Source: an uncultured Haloferula sp.
GTDB taxonomy: Bacteria; Verrucomicrobiota; Verrucomicrobiia; Verrucomicrobiales; Akkermansiaceae
Direction of reading: 5' to 3'
Length of the DNA: 64,000 nt
Assembly (NCBI GenBank): GCA_965652295.1
Contig: CBFGTS010000002.1
Coordinates: 256,001 to 320,000, forward strand
Below the pieces are notes generated by a model. It did not search any database and was not told the origin of the DNA. It worked only from the letters and a program-made list of their open reading frames with translations. Shown here in pieces: positions 45,606 through 55,290 of this stretch (positions are counted from its first letter, which is position 1; every line of letters starts with the position of its first letter). A program made the position numbers and the translations under genes.

Positions 45606-47258
45606 ATGAATTTCGCGATCATTCTCCACGGGCTCGTTCACCGGAGCCTTCCCCTCGTCGCCAGCAGCTTCAACGACAACCTCCTGAACCCGTTGCAGCC
45701 GCTCGGTTCCACCGACGTTTACTTCCATTCATGGGATACGGACCGGCTCGACAATCCACGGACAGGCGAGAATGACGTCCGCATCGAGCCTGGCTCGATC
45801 GACCGGTTTTTGGGAATGGCACAAGGTCGTCTCGAATCTCGATCGGCTTTCGACGCCACCATCGATTGGCAACCTTTGCTCGAGAGAAACCCGATGCGTC
45901 ACTGCACCGATAGTGAGGCAGCCGCACGAGTCACCTTGATGAACTACGTTCGGTCCCTCGAATCGCTACGCCGAGCATGGGAAATCTACCTGGAGAGGCG
46001 TGAAGTCCGACACGACTGGATCATCGTCACCCGGGCAGATCTCCGCTTTCTCCACCCTGTCTTTCTCCCAACTCTGGATGCCGGATTTTGCCCACCACCG
46101 GGAAGAGCCGACAGCGCCCCCCAAGACTCCACTCTCTGGGTCCCCGCATTTCAGGATTGGGGAGGTTTCAATGACCGGTTCGCGATCGGGCGGGAGCGGG
46201 AAATGGCAACCTATTCCCGCCGCTTTGATTTTGCCTTGCAATGGATCCGGGAAGGAAAAGGAGGGAATCCCCAAAGAATCCTGAAGCACTACCTTGAGTC
46301 GAAGGCCATTTCGACCCAGCAGATCGACCTCGCTTTCCAACGGGTCCGCGCCACAGGAGAAATCGCAGGATTCGACCGCGAGCTGAGTCCTGCCGACATT
46401 CCAGCGCCTGAACCTGCATCTTCCACAAAGAAGCAGCACCGAACCCACATTCCTGAATCCTTCGGCGACGCCATGGGCAAAACTCCACCGCAAACCCGGG
46501 ATCGATTCATCGTTCTCGCTCGTGAAGCCGGCCCGGCTGCCGGAAAGCTCGCGCGGATGTTGGCATACTGGGGAAAGGCGGAGATCGTCATTGATCGAGT
46601 AGAGGACCCTCCACCGTGCCCGGCCCCGTCTTCCCACGAGCCGGAGATCGTGTGGATCCCAGATGCCGAAGCCCGGGGGTTCGAGGGGCTGATGAGCGAC
46701 TCCGGTCCTTTCCCTGCCGTGACCGCTTGGTCCCGGGCTCTCGCTCACCTCAACCGCACCCTTTCAGACGGAGAATCGGTCTGGTTCGTTGAAGACGATG
46801 TCGCAGGGGACACGGAATCCTTCGACTGCCTAATCCGGCAAACCCAGGCATCGCTGCCCGATCTTGCCGCAACCACCATCAGGAGGCAGCAAGAAGACCC
46901 GGACTGGCCCTACTGGGGTTACTGTGAGGAGTTCTTCGACCATCATGTCCGCGCGTTCCAACCTCTATGCCGTCTGAGTTCACGCCTAATCCGGAAGGCA
47001 CTCGATTTTCGCGCACAACACGGGAGGTTCACCTTTCACGAGGTTCTTTTCCCCTCCGTCGCTCTCGAGCATTCCATGAGCCTCTTCTGCTGGGAAGATC
47101 ATCCCAGCCTGAAGCCCCTGCTTCACTCATTCCAGTATCGCCCCCTCGTCTCATCGATCTCCCGTGGGATCAGTCATCCCGTAAAGGACTCTTCAACCCT
47201 CTCAGCGATCTGCGATCTTCCATCCCCAAAGATGACTGTCTCTGGATGCGTCAGTTGA
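45606..47258 (+). CDS. Two-domain putative glycan-modifying protein (two GT-like domains)
   Basis: Domain 1: AIILHG..RS, DVYFHSW, DWIIVTRADL, GFNDRFAIG. Domain 2: TAWSRAL, VWFVEDDV, CRLS.RL, FHEVLFPS, HPVKD. Confidence 0.55.
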   Translation: MNFAIILHGLVHRSLPLVASSFNDNLLNPLQPLGSTDVYFHSWDTDRLDNPRTGENDVRIEPGSIDRFLGMAQGRLESRSAFDATIDWQPLLERNPMRHCTDSEAAARVTLMNYVRSLESLRRAWEIYLERREVRHDWIIVTRADLRFLHPVFLPTLDAGFCPPPGRADSAPQDSTLWVPAFQDWGGFNDRFAIGREREMATYSRRFDFALQWIREGKGGNPQRILKHYLESKAISTQQIDLAFQRVRATGEIAGFDRELSPADIPAPEPASSTKKQHRTHIPESFGDAMGKTPPQTRDRFIVLAREAGPAAGKLARMLAYWGKAEIVIDRVEDPPPCPAPSSHEPEIVWIPDAEARGFEGLMSDSGPFPAVTAWSRALAHLNRTLSDGESVWFVEDDVAGDTESFDCLIRQTQASLPDLAATTIRRQQEDPDWPYWGYCEEFFDHHVRAFQPLCRLSSRLIRKALDFRAQHGRFTFHEVLFPSVALEHSMSLFCWEDHPSLKPLLHSFQYRPLVSSISRGISHPVKDSSTLSAICDLPSPKMTVSGCVS

Positions 47259-47652
47259 TAGATCGAGGGCATCACGGCTCCATTTGGCACGCATCAGATG
47301 AACATGGATCTCTTGCACAGAGAAACGCAGAGGATTGAGACGATCCCTCGACCTCAACTCTTCCACGATTTCGTCACCACTTCAGCTGCCAGGGGGGAAA
47401 GAAGAGCGGCGGAATGTGTCCGCCGTGAGTGGTCCCTGTCGGCTGTCTTTCCCGGTGACTCCCGGCGAACGCGTTTCGCCGCTCCTTTTAGCGATCCGCG
47501 ATCTCCCCCTCCTGCCGAGCGAGTTCGCGGCGAATTCGTTGTCATCCGGAGGCTGACGGATAGAGAATCGAACCAAGGCGTTATCTAGGATGCCGGAGGT
47601 CCTCTTCGACTCAAAAGATTGACCCAGCGTGAACGTTGAGGGATCACAAGCC

Positions 47653-48090
47653 ATGCAACTCCGACCCTACCACCCGGCCGACGAATCAGCAGTGATCGCG
47701 CTTTGGCGCGAATGCGGGCTGATCGTCCCCCAAAATGATCCGCACAAGGATATCGCCCGAAAGATGCAGGTGGCTCCGGAGCTCTTCATCGTCGGAGAGG
47801 CTGATGGGGAGATCGTTGGATCCTGCATGGCTGGATATGAAGGACATCGGGGATGGATCAACTATCTGGCGGTCCACCCTTCCCGGCAGCGCCGTGGCTA
47901 CGCAACGGATCTCATGCGGGAAGCGGAACGATTGTTGCGCTTGGCGGGATGCCCGAAGATCAACTTGCAGGTCCGCTCCTCGAATTCCCAGGTGATCGCC
48001 TTCTACGAGAGCCTTGGCTTCTCCAAGGATCCCGTGGTCAGTTTGGGGAAGCGTTTGGAGGACGAACTGGCGGAATCGAGCAAGGAATGA
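47653..48090 (+). CDS. GNAT acetyltransferase (YpeA-like)
   Basis: NDPHKDI.RK, MAGYEGHRGWINYLAVHP..QRRG.A, GCPKINLQVR..N..VI.FY..LGF. Confidence 0.9.
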   Translation: MQLRPYHPADESAVIALWRECGLIVPQNDPHKDIARKMQVAPELFIVGEADGEIVGSCMAGYEGHRGWINYLAVHPSRQRRGYATDLMREAERLLRLAGCPKINLQVRSSNSQVIAFYESLGFSKDPVVSLGKRLEDELAESSKE

Positions 48091-48425
48091 CAGAACACCC
48101 TACCAGCGAGAACTCGACGACGTGGCGTTTCGGCCTCGCAGCTTGGATCGGCATTCCGCTGCTTCACCTCGTTTGGATAATGATTGACTGGAATCTCCGA
48201 GATCCGGAAAGACCGGTGCTTGGAGGGGTCCCTGCGGTGGCCACGACGGCATTTCAGTGGATCTCATTGACGGTGTTCTGTGTGTTGGTGGCAGCTTCGA
48301 CAGCCGGATTCCGGTCGAAACTGCTCCGAGTCCTCATCACCATCGCAGCCACGGGAGTGGCGGGTTTGGGGATGATTTTCGCGTGGCTATCCTACGTGAT
48401 CGGTGAAGGCATCGATACCTTGTAG
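48087..48425 (+). CDS. Hypothetical membrane protein (3 TM)
   Basis: ATGA overlap with the GNAT stop; hydrophobic segments. Confidence 0.6.
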   Translation: MTEHPTSENSTTWRFGLAAWIGIPLLHLVWIMIDWNLRDPERPVLGGVPAVATTAFQWISLTVFCVLVAASTAGFRSKLLRVLITIAATGVAGLGMIFAWLSYVIGEGIDTL

Positions 48426-48535
48426 AACAAGGGAATGAACAAACCTGATGATTCGAAACAGGGCATCAGATTGTTGGTTTCGGGACGAGTGCTTCGTGGG
48501 GAGGCTCTCTAAAGAAGTAGCGGGCTGCCGGGGTT

Positions 48536-48659
48536 GTGGGACGGGGACGTCCCACCTCCTATGCGGCCCGAGGCTCCCTATCGCAAGGTTGAGACGCGGT
48601 GCCGGTTTCGTCGTTGGGCGCCCGGCGCGACCGACGGAACGCCCTGAAGGGCGCACTAC
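48536..48659. repeat. REP-like palindromes at right edge of island
   Basis: gtgggacg-ggga-cgtcccac (48536-48555) and cgccct-ga-agggcg-cactac (48640-48659; GTAG-type on minus strand). Confidence 0.55.
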
Positions 48660-48730
48660 GAACCGAGGTGGCCGACTTCCGATGGATTTCAGCATCGGCG
48701 CGGCGCTCCGACGAGGCCGCTCCCCCACCT

Positions 48731-50059
48731 TCACGCCAGCTCTTCGAGCAGCGCCTGATTGAGACGGATGCCGGCTTCGAAGTTCTCGACGGGGAAGTTC
48801 TCGTTGGGCGAGTGGATCTGGGCATCGGCCAGGGCGAGGCCGAGGAGCAGGGTATCGGCACCGAGGATTTCGCGGAAGCTCTGGATGATCGGGATGCTGC
48901 CGCCTTCGCGGATCAGGACGGGCTCCTTCCCGAAGGACTTCCGCAATGCCTGCTGGGCCGCCTTTCCAAAGACGCCGTGAGGGTCGGTGTGGTAGGGCTT
49001 GCCGTCGTGGCCGGGGATGAAATCCAGCGTCACTCCCGGCGGGCAGTGGGCCTCGAAGTGAGCGCGGACCTTGTTGAGGATGTCGGCGGGATCCTGATCG
49101 GGCACGAGCCGGAAGGAAAACTTGGCCATCGCCTCGGCGGGCAGGACGGTTTTCGAGCCCTCGCCCTGATAGCCACCGCCGATGCCGTTGACCTCGGCGG
49201 TCGGGCGGGCCCAGGTCTGCTCGGCGGGGGTGTAGCCCCGCTCGCCGAAGAGCGAGGGCGAGCCGGTGACCTCGAGGAAATCCCGCTCCGAGGTGCCGGG
49301 CACCTTGGCCCACATCTCGCGCTCCCAGGGTTCGAGCGGCTGGACGTCGTCGTAGAAGCCCTCGATCAGGACCTTGCCCGCGGCGTCGTGGAGGCTGGCG
49401 ATGAGCCGCGCCACGGCGGTCGCGGGATTCATCACCGCTCCGCCGAAAAGCCCGGAATGCAGGTCGCGCGCCGGACCGCGGACGACGATCTCGCAGCAGG
49501 AGATCCCGCGCAGTCCGTAGCCGAGGGTCGGGGTGCCGGGGGCGACCATGCCGGTGTCCGAGACGGCGATCACGTCGCAGGCCAACATTTCGCGATGCCG
49601 CTCAAGGAAGGGGGCGAGATTCGGGCTGCCGATCTCCTCCTCGCCCTCGAAGAGGAAGGTGAGGTTGACGGGCAGGTCGCCCGCCGCCGCCATGGTTTTC
49701 CCCACGCCCAACAAGTGAGCGAACATCTGGCCTTTGTTATCGGTCGCCCCGCGTGCCCAGATCCGACCGTCGCGGATTTCCGGCTGGAAAGGATCGGAGG
49801 TCCAGAGGTGGAGCGGATCCACTGGCTGGACGTCGTAGTGGCCGTAGATGAGGACGTTGCGGCGGCCGGCCCGATGGACGTTGCGGGCGATCACCACCGG
49901 GTGTCCGGGCGTCTCGTGCAGCTCGGCGGAAAGGCCGAGTTCCGTGGCCTTGGCCACCAGCCACTGCGCGCAGGCCCGGACATCCCCGACGTGGCGGGAG
50001 TCCGTGGAGATGCTGGGGAAACGAAGGAAGGCGAACAACTGCTCCAGCTCGGGCGTCAT
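48731..50059 (-). CDS. M20 family dipeptidase
   Basis: YGHYDVQP, ARGATDNKG, EGEEEIGS, SDT, DLHSG, GGSIP, HSPNE. Confidence 0.92.
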   Translation of the reverse strand: MTPELEQLFAFLRFPSISTDSRHVGDVRACAQWLVAKATELGLSAELHETPGHPVVIARNVHRAGRRNVLIYGHYDVQPVDPLHLWTSDPFQPEIRDGRIWARGATDNKGQMFAHLLGVGKTMAAAGDLPVNLTFLFEGEEEIGSPNLAPFLERHREMLACDVIAVSDTGMVAPGTPTLGYGLRGISCCEIVVRGPARDLHSGLFGGAVMNPATAVARLIASLHDAAGKVLIEGFYDDVQPLEPWEREMWAKVPGTSERDFLEVTGSPSLFGERGYTPAEQTWARPTAEVNGIGGGYQGEGSKTVLPAEAMAKFSFRLVPDQDPADILNKVRAHFEAHCPPGVTLDFIPGHDGKPYHTDPHGVFGKAAQQALRKSFGKEPVLIREGGSIPIIQSFREILGADTLLLGLALADAQIHSPNENFPVENFEAGIRLNQALLEELA

Positions 50060-50202
50060 GCTCCGCTTCTTGCCCGCCCGCCCCGGCAGCGACAAGGCGA
50101 AACCCCACGGCAATTTCGCCTGCTGGCACCTTTAGGCTTTGCCCCTATCCGGAAGCGGCCCTACTTTCGCAATCAAAACACCCTATCATCTTTTTTCGCC
50201 TC

Positions 50203-51774
50203 GTGAGCACAGCCCCCGCCGATCCGAAACGTCCGCGCATCCTCGTCGTCACCCCGGAGATCACCTATCTTCCGGAGGGGATGGGGAACCTGGCGCAGCG
50301 TCTTTCGGCGAAAGCCGGGGGCATGGCCGACGTCTCGGCCTCGCTGGTGAAGGCGCTCTACGACCAGGGGGCCGACGTCCACGTGGCGCTGCCGAACTAC
50401 CGGCGGATGTTCCACCTCGATGTCGCCAGCGTGCACGACTACGAGTTCGGAAAAGTCAGCCGGGCCCTGCCGGAGCAGCGCATCCACCTCGCCGAGGACC
50501 GCGTTTTCTACCATCGCTCGCGGGTTTACAGCTCCACGGAGAACCACACGCTGGCCCTCGCCTTCCAGCGCGAGGTCATCAACCACATCCTTCCCCAGGT
50601 CCGGCCCGACCTGATCCACTGCAATGACTGGATGACCGGGCTGATCCCCGCCGTGGCGAAGCGCTTCGGCATCAAGTCCCTCTTCACCCTCCACAACATC
50701 CACACCGAGCGGACGACCATGGAGGCGATCGAGGACCGCGGGATCGACGCCGCCGAGTTCTGGCAGCACATCTTTTTCTCCCGCCCGCCCCAGAGCTACG
50801 AGGAAAGCCGTACCACCAACGTGGTCGACCTCCTGACCACCGGCATCTTCGCTTCCGATCACGTCAACACCGTCAGTCCCACCTTCCTCAGCGAGGTGGT
50901 GGACGGCCTCCACCAGCACATCCCGGGACACATCCGCCACGAACTGTGGTCGAAGTGCCAGGCCGGCTGCGCCACCGGCATCCTCAACGCGCCGGATCCG
51001 TCCTATAACCCGCTCAAGGACCAGTACATCGAGGACCACTACTCGGTGGAAACGGTCATGAACGGCAAGCGCGCCAACAAGCTCCGCCTCCAGCAGGAGC
51101 TCGGACTCGAGCTCAACCCCGACGCGCCGATGCTGTTCTGGCCCTCGCGTCTCGATCCGGTGCAAAAGGGCTGCCAGCTGGTCACCGACATCCTCCATTC
51201 GATCCTGCGCGACTACGAGGACATCGGCCTTCAGGTCGCGGTCGTCGCCAGCGGCACCTTCCAGCCGCATTTCCACCACATCGCGGATCTGCACGGCATC
51301 CGCCACCGTCTCGCGGTCACCGATTTCAACGAGCGCCAGTCCCGCATCGCCTTCGCCGGCTCGGATTTCATCCTTATGCCTTCGTCCTTCGAACCCTGCG
51401 GCCTGCCCCAGATGATCGCGCCGAAGTACGGCTCGCTGACCATCGCCCACGACACCGGCGGCCTGCACGACACCGTCGAGCCACTTCAGGCCGCCCACGA
51501 CCGCGGCAACGGCTTTCTTTTCAATGTCTTCAATGCCGAGGGTCTGCGCTGGGCCATCGACCAGGCGATGCATTTCCACCGCCTGCCCTACGACGTCAAA
51601 GAGGCGCAGATCCAGCGGATCATGCGCGAGGCGAGGAACCGCTTCAACCACATGGCTACCGCCGCCGAATACATCCGCACCTACGAGCGGATGCTCGGTC
51701 GCCCGGTCTCCGGCCCGGTTTCCGCCCCAGCGGAAACGGTCAAGGCGCTCAAAGGCGTTCCTTCTCCTCCTTGA
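50203..51774 (+). CDS. glgA: Glycogen synthase (GT5) homologue
   Basis: KAGGMADV, HCNDW, FTLHN, NTVSP, GILN, SRL..QKG, MPSSFEPCGL.QM, TGGLHDTV. Confidence 0.82.
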   Translation: MSTAPADPKRPRILVVTPEITYLPEGMGNLAQRLSAKAGGMADVSASLVKALYDQGADVHVALPNYRRMFHLDVASVHDYEFGKVSRALPEQRIHLAEDRVFYHRSRVYSSTENHTLALAFQREVINHILPQVRPDLIHCNDWMTGLIPAVAKRFGIKSLFTLHNIHTERTTMEAIEDRGIDAAEFWQHIFFSRPPQSYEESRTTNVVDLLTTGIFASDHVNTVSPTFLSEVVDGLHQHIPGHIRHELWSKCQAGCATGILNAPDPSYNPLKDQYIEDHYSVETVMNGKRANKLRLQQELGLELNPDAPMLFWPSRLDPVQKGCQLVTDILHSILRDYEDIGLQVAVVASGTFQPHFHHIADLHGIRHRLAVTDFNERQSRIAFAGSDFILMPSSFEPCGLPQMIAPKYGSLTIAHDTGGLHDTVEPLQAAHDRGNGFLFNVFNAEGLRWAIDQAMHFHRLPYDVKEAQIQRIMREARNRFNHMATAAEYIRTYERMLGRPVSGPVSAPAETVKALKGVPSPP

Positions 51775-52024
51775 TCACCGCCAGCGCATCAAAGAGGGCG
51801 AAGAGCATCACGAATAGGCACAGCCCCCCGCAGGCGACCCAATAAAGGGCAAAGCGGACGATCGAACCCGCCAGCCACTCATCGATCACGAACAGCCCGA
51901 TGAGGAGCATCGCGATCATCACGGCGGCAAAAATCCCCAACGCGCGACGCCGCTTCCCGCGATCGGCGAGGATTCCCGCCGCCACCGCCTTGTCGATTTC
52001 CCACTGATTGGGCCCCTTGGACAT
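51749..52024 (-). CDS. Small hypothetical membrane protein
   Basis: MSKGPNQW...; two TM helices; ALFDAL motif. Confidence 0.65.
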   Translation of the reverse strand: MSKGPNQWEIDKAVAAGILADRGKRRRALGIFAAVMIAMLLIGLFVIDEWLAGSIVRFALYWVACGGLCLFVMLFALFDALAVIKEEKERL

Positions 52025-52154
52025 GCTCGGAACCTGTGGCCATCTCCGGAGAGCGGCCAGCGGGAAATACTTCGCACAATATGACAATTCAGCCCTGTGA
52101 TGGAGACGGGGCCCCAGGAATCCGATTGGTGGAGTAAGGGCCATCCGCTCCGCC

Positions 52155-55100
52155 ATGCGTTCACCGTCTTTCCTTCTCGCTTTTCCGGCTCTGCTGCTTG
52201 GCTCGCTGGTGCTGACTCTCGTCACCCGCGAAAGCGCCCTTTCCCCGGAATCCGCCGCCGAGGTTTCGGTGGTCCGGGCACATCCGTGGCACGTCGGTGC
52301 CCTTACGCGGGAGGAGGCCGGATCGGAAATCGAACTGCCCTTCGAGCTCGACGGCATCCGGCATGCCCGGGTGATTTCCCGCGCCCAGCTTCCGGACGGC
52401 CGTCAGACCGCCAGCCTGCGCTTGGCCGGCGGCAGCGACCTTTTTCTCGTCGCCCGCGGTGACCGCTGGGAAGCCCGGGCTCTACCCCGGGGGAATGGCA
52501 ATGGTTGGCGGCTGGAGGGTGATTCCACAGGCAGCTCGCTGACCCGACTGCCGAAGTCCGCGCTGATCTGCCACAGCGATTTCGAGGTCGCCGGCCTGCC
52601 GCCGATGCTCGGCTACGAGGACGAGAATCCGGCCCCGCGGACCAAGGCTGCTGCGGCGGCAGCCGCGCCCCTCTTCCACAGTCTGGAAGGAGCCACGGCG
52701 GTGATCTACCTCGACTTCGACGGGGAAACCGTTAGCGGCACCCAGTGGAATTCGTCCTTCACCGGCGGAGCTCCGATCGTCGCCGGCGGCGCTCCGTTCA
52801 GCTCCAGCCAGATCGAGGAACTCTGGCTGGGCGTCGCCGAGGACTTCTCGCCTTTCGACATCAACGTCACCACCGACCGCGCCGCCTACGACGCCGCGCC
52901 GCTCAATCGGCGCGTCATGGTGATCTTCACGCCCGACAACGAATGGTATGGCAGTGCCGGCGGCGTGGCATACGTCGATGTTTTCGGCAGCTCCTTGATG
53001 GATCCGCCGGCCTGGGTCTTCACCGACCAGCTTTCGAACTCCGTCTCCTTCGCCGCCGAGGCCGCATCGCACGAAGCCGGCCACACCCTTGGGCTCCGGC
53101 ACGATGGCGATGCCGCCAGCGACTACCATCTGGGAAGCAGCCAATGGGCCCCCATCATGGGAGCCGCCTACAGCGCCGCCGTTTCCCAGTGGAGCAAGGG
53201 CGAATACGCCGGGGCCACCAACACCGAGGACGATCTCGCCATCATCTCCAGCTCGCGCAACGGCTTCGGCTACTATCCCGACGACCACTCGGAAACGTCC
53301 GCCGGCGCGACCGCGCTGGAGCTGGTCGGGCTCGATACGCTCGAGGGCTGGGGTTACATCGAGCGCGACTCGGACACCGACGTCTTCATGTTCCAGACCA
53401 CGGGCGGGCCGGTGGAGATCAGCGCCGACAATGCCGAGCGCGATCCGAACCTCGACATCCGCCTCGCGCTGCTCGACCAGGCCGGGAATGAAATCGCCGT
53501 CAGTGATCCTTCGTCTTCGCTCGACGCCACCTTGGCCACCTCGCTGGCCTCCGGTTCCTACTTTCTGGCGGTCACCGGCGTCGGAAACAACACGTCGGGA
53601 TATACAGGATACGGCAGCCTCGGCGAATACGAGCTACGCGTCACCGCCCCGCAAAGCACCAATCTCGCCGCGGAGATCGTTTCTCCCGCTGCGGCGGAAA
53701 TCAGCCTGCCCTACGGGACCGGCCTGCGTCTCAAAGGTCTCGCCAGTGGCGGCAGCGCCTCGTGGCTGGTTGTCCAGACTCCTTCCGGTGCCACCGTGAC
53801 CCTGTCCGATCCCAATGCGTCGGCCACCGACGCGACCTTCTCCCACGCCGGCCTCTATCAAGTCCGCTTTTCAAGCACACTGGACAGCCAACAGGAGAGC
53901 GATCTGATCACGATCGCCGTGGACGACGGGGCACCCACCTATACGACGCGCGCACCCGCCGTGGTCCTCGGAGCGGACAGGGATGTGTATGGGAACCGCA
54001 TTCAGCTCGACCCCCTCGTCACGGATGACTCTCCCTCCGGGGCGCTCACGTTTTCATGGACCGTGCTGTCGGGTCCCGCCCAGCTCACCTCGCCGAATGC
54101 TCCCACGTCCGAGCTGCTTTTCAACGCCGCCTACAGCGAGGTGCGGCTGAGGCTTGAGGTCAGCGACGGCTCGCAGATCGGCTTCGCCGAGGTCAGCCTC
54201 ACCGCTCATTTCAAAAACGCCACCTTCGCTGTCGACGGAGCCTACGCCCGGGTGCTGGTCCCCTCCTCCGCCCCTCCGGCCGGATGGGACACACCGCTTT
54301 TCAATGATTCCGCCTGGGCCGCCGGAAACCTCGGAGCGGGCTACGACACCACCCCGGGAGGAAATCCCAAGAACCCCTCGCGACGCATCCTGCTGCCGGA
54401 GATCAACCTCGACCTTGCCAGCGCGATGGATGGTTCCCGCACCACCTGCTACGTCCGCATTCCCTTCCATCTCGTGGTCGCTCCTGAAGATGTGCTCTCG
54501 CTCCAGCTCCGGATGAAGTACGACGACGGCTTCGTGGCATCCATCAACGGCATCGAAGTCGCCCGCGACAATGCCGGCAGCGGCACCCCCGCCTGGAACG
54601 CCACCGCGCCGGCGGACCGGCCGGACGAGGAAGCCCTCTCGTCGCGCACCTTCACCCTCGACCTCCCGCCCGGGACCCTCTCCGCCGGCTCGAACGTTCT
54701 TGCGATTCACGCGCTGAACTCGTCCACCGGCAGTGCCGACCGCCGTTTCCTCGTCTCTGCGGAAATGGACGGCGTGATCGCCGATCCCGATCCGGGCCTT
54801 CCCCCTCTCACTCCCTTCGTGGATCTCGTCTCGGGCATTGCCGACCCGGAGCTTCGGGGCATCGATGACGACCCCGACGGTGACGGCCTCACCAACCTTT
54901 ACGAGCACGCCACCGGCACCTCGCCCACCTCCGCCGATCCCGGCGGCCAGGTCATGCGTGCCTCCGGTCAAACCGCCTCCGTCGTCCTGCCCGAACCTCC
55001 GCCGGACGACGTTCTCTATTTCCTCGAGTATTCCGCCACTCTCGGCGGAACCTGGGACGTGCTCGCCGGGAAATCCGGCACCGGTGCGTGGACCGGCATC

Positions 55101-55208
55101 ACGCCGATCACCTCCGTGCCCGACGAAGAGGGCCACGCACGGCACAGTTTCCCCACCGGCAGCGGAACCGCCGGCTTCTACCGCCTGCGGATGGAGCTGG
55201 CGCCCTGA
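52155..55208 (+). CDS. Secreted metzincin zinc metalloprotease with PPC/PKD-like and C-terminal DxDGDG modules
   Basis: IYLDFDG, HEAGHTLGLRH, Met-turn APIMG, DTDVF, LKYDDGF-type domain, DPDGDGLTNLYE. Confidence 0.85.
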   Translation: MRSPSFLLAFPALLLGSLVLTLVTRESALSPESAAEVSVVRAHPWHVGALTREEAGSEIELPFELDGIRHARVISRAQLPDGRQTASLRLAGGSDLFLVARGDRWEARALPRGNGNGWRLEGDSTGSSLTRLPKSALICHSDFEVAGLPPMLGYEDENPAPRTKAAAAAAAPLFHSLEGATAVIYLDFDGETVSGTQWNSSFTGGAPIVAGGAPFSSSQIEELWLGVAEDFSPFDINVTTDRAAYDAAPLNRRVMVIFTPDNEWYGSAGGVAYVDVFGSSLMDPPAWVFTDQLSNSVSFAAEAASHEAGHTLGLRHDGDAASDYHLGSSQWAPIMGAAYSAAVSQWSKGEYAGATNTEDDLAIISSSRNGFGYYPDDHSETSAGATALELVGLDTLEGWGYIERDSDTDVFMFQTTGGPVEISADNAERDPNLDIRLALLDQAGNEIAVSDPSSSLDATLATSLASGSYFLAVTGVGNNTSGYTGYGSLGEYELRVTAPQSTNLAAEIVSPAAAEISLPYGTGLRLKGLASGGSASWLVVQTPSGATVTLSDPNASATDATFSHAGLYQVRFSSTLDSQQESDLITIAVDDGAPTYTTRAPAVVLGADRDVYGNRIQLDPLVTDDSPSGALTFSWTVLSGPAQLTSPNAPTSELLFNAAYSEVRLRLEVSDGSQIGFAEVSLTAHFKNATFAVDGAYARVLVPSSAPPAGWDTPLFNDSAWAAGNLGAGYDTTPGGNPKNPSRRILLPEINLDLASAMDGSRTTCYVRIPFHLVVAPEDVLSLQLRMKYDDGFVASINGIEVARDNAGSGTPAWNATAPADRPDEEALSSRTFTLDLPPGTLSAGSNVLAIHALNSSTGSADRRFLVSAEMDGVIADPDPGLPPLTPFVDLVSGIADPELRGIDDDPDGDGLTNLYEHATGTSPTSADPGGQVMRASGQTASVVLPEPPPDDVLYFLEYSATLGGTWDVLAGKSGTGAWTGITPITSVPDEEGHARHSFPTGSGTAGFYRLRMELAP

Positions 55209-55232
55209 TCTCCACCAGAGAACTCCGGTGGA

Positions 55233-55251
55233 TTGACAGATCGTTCTGTCA
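55233..55251 (+). promoter_or_regulatory. TTGACA -35-like box overlapped by palindrome TGACAGA-N4-TCTGTCA (candidate operator)
   Basis: ttgacagatcgttctgtca ending 40 nt upstream of the SGNH ATG. Confidence 0.4.
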
Positions 55252-55290
55252 TGCGGGAAATGACAGCCGTTCCAACCCCGTAACCGCTCC

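Noticed and set aside
33295..47258. Interpretation of the GT cluster as a conventional capsule/O-antigen locus
   Set aside because: No flippase, polymerase, exporter, priming GT or nucleotide-sugar genes, and no GT2/GT4 enzymes. It cannot be excluded that the enzymes act on a glycan made elsewhere.
47259..47652. Short ORFs between the GT cluster and the GNAT gene
   Set aside because: No recognisable motifs or consistent coding bias; probably degenerate intergenic sequence.
50203..51774. glgA homologue as part of the Rhs glycosylation system
   Set aside because: Lies outside the compositional island, has host-like codon usage and standard GT5 motifs.
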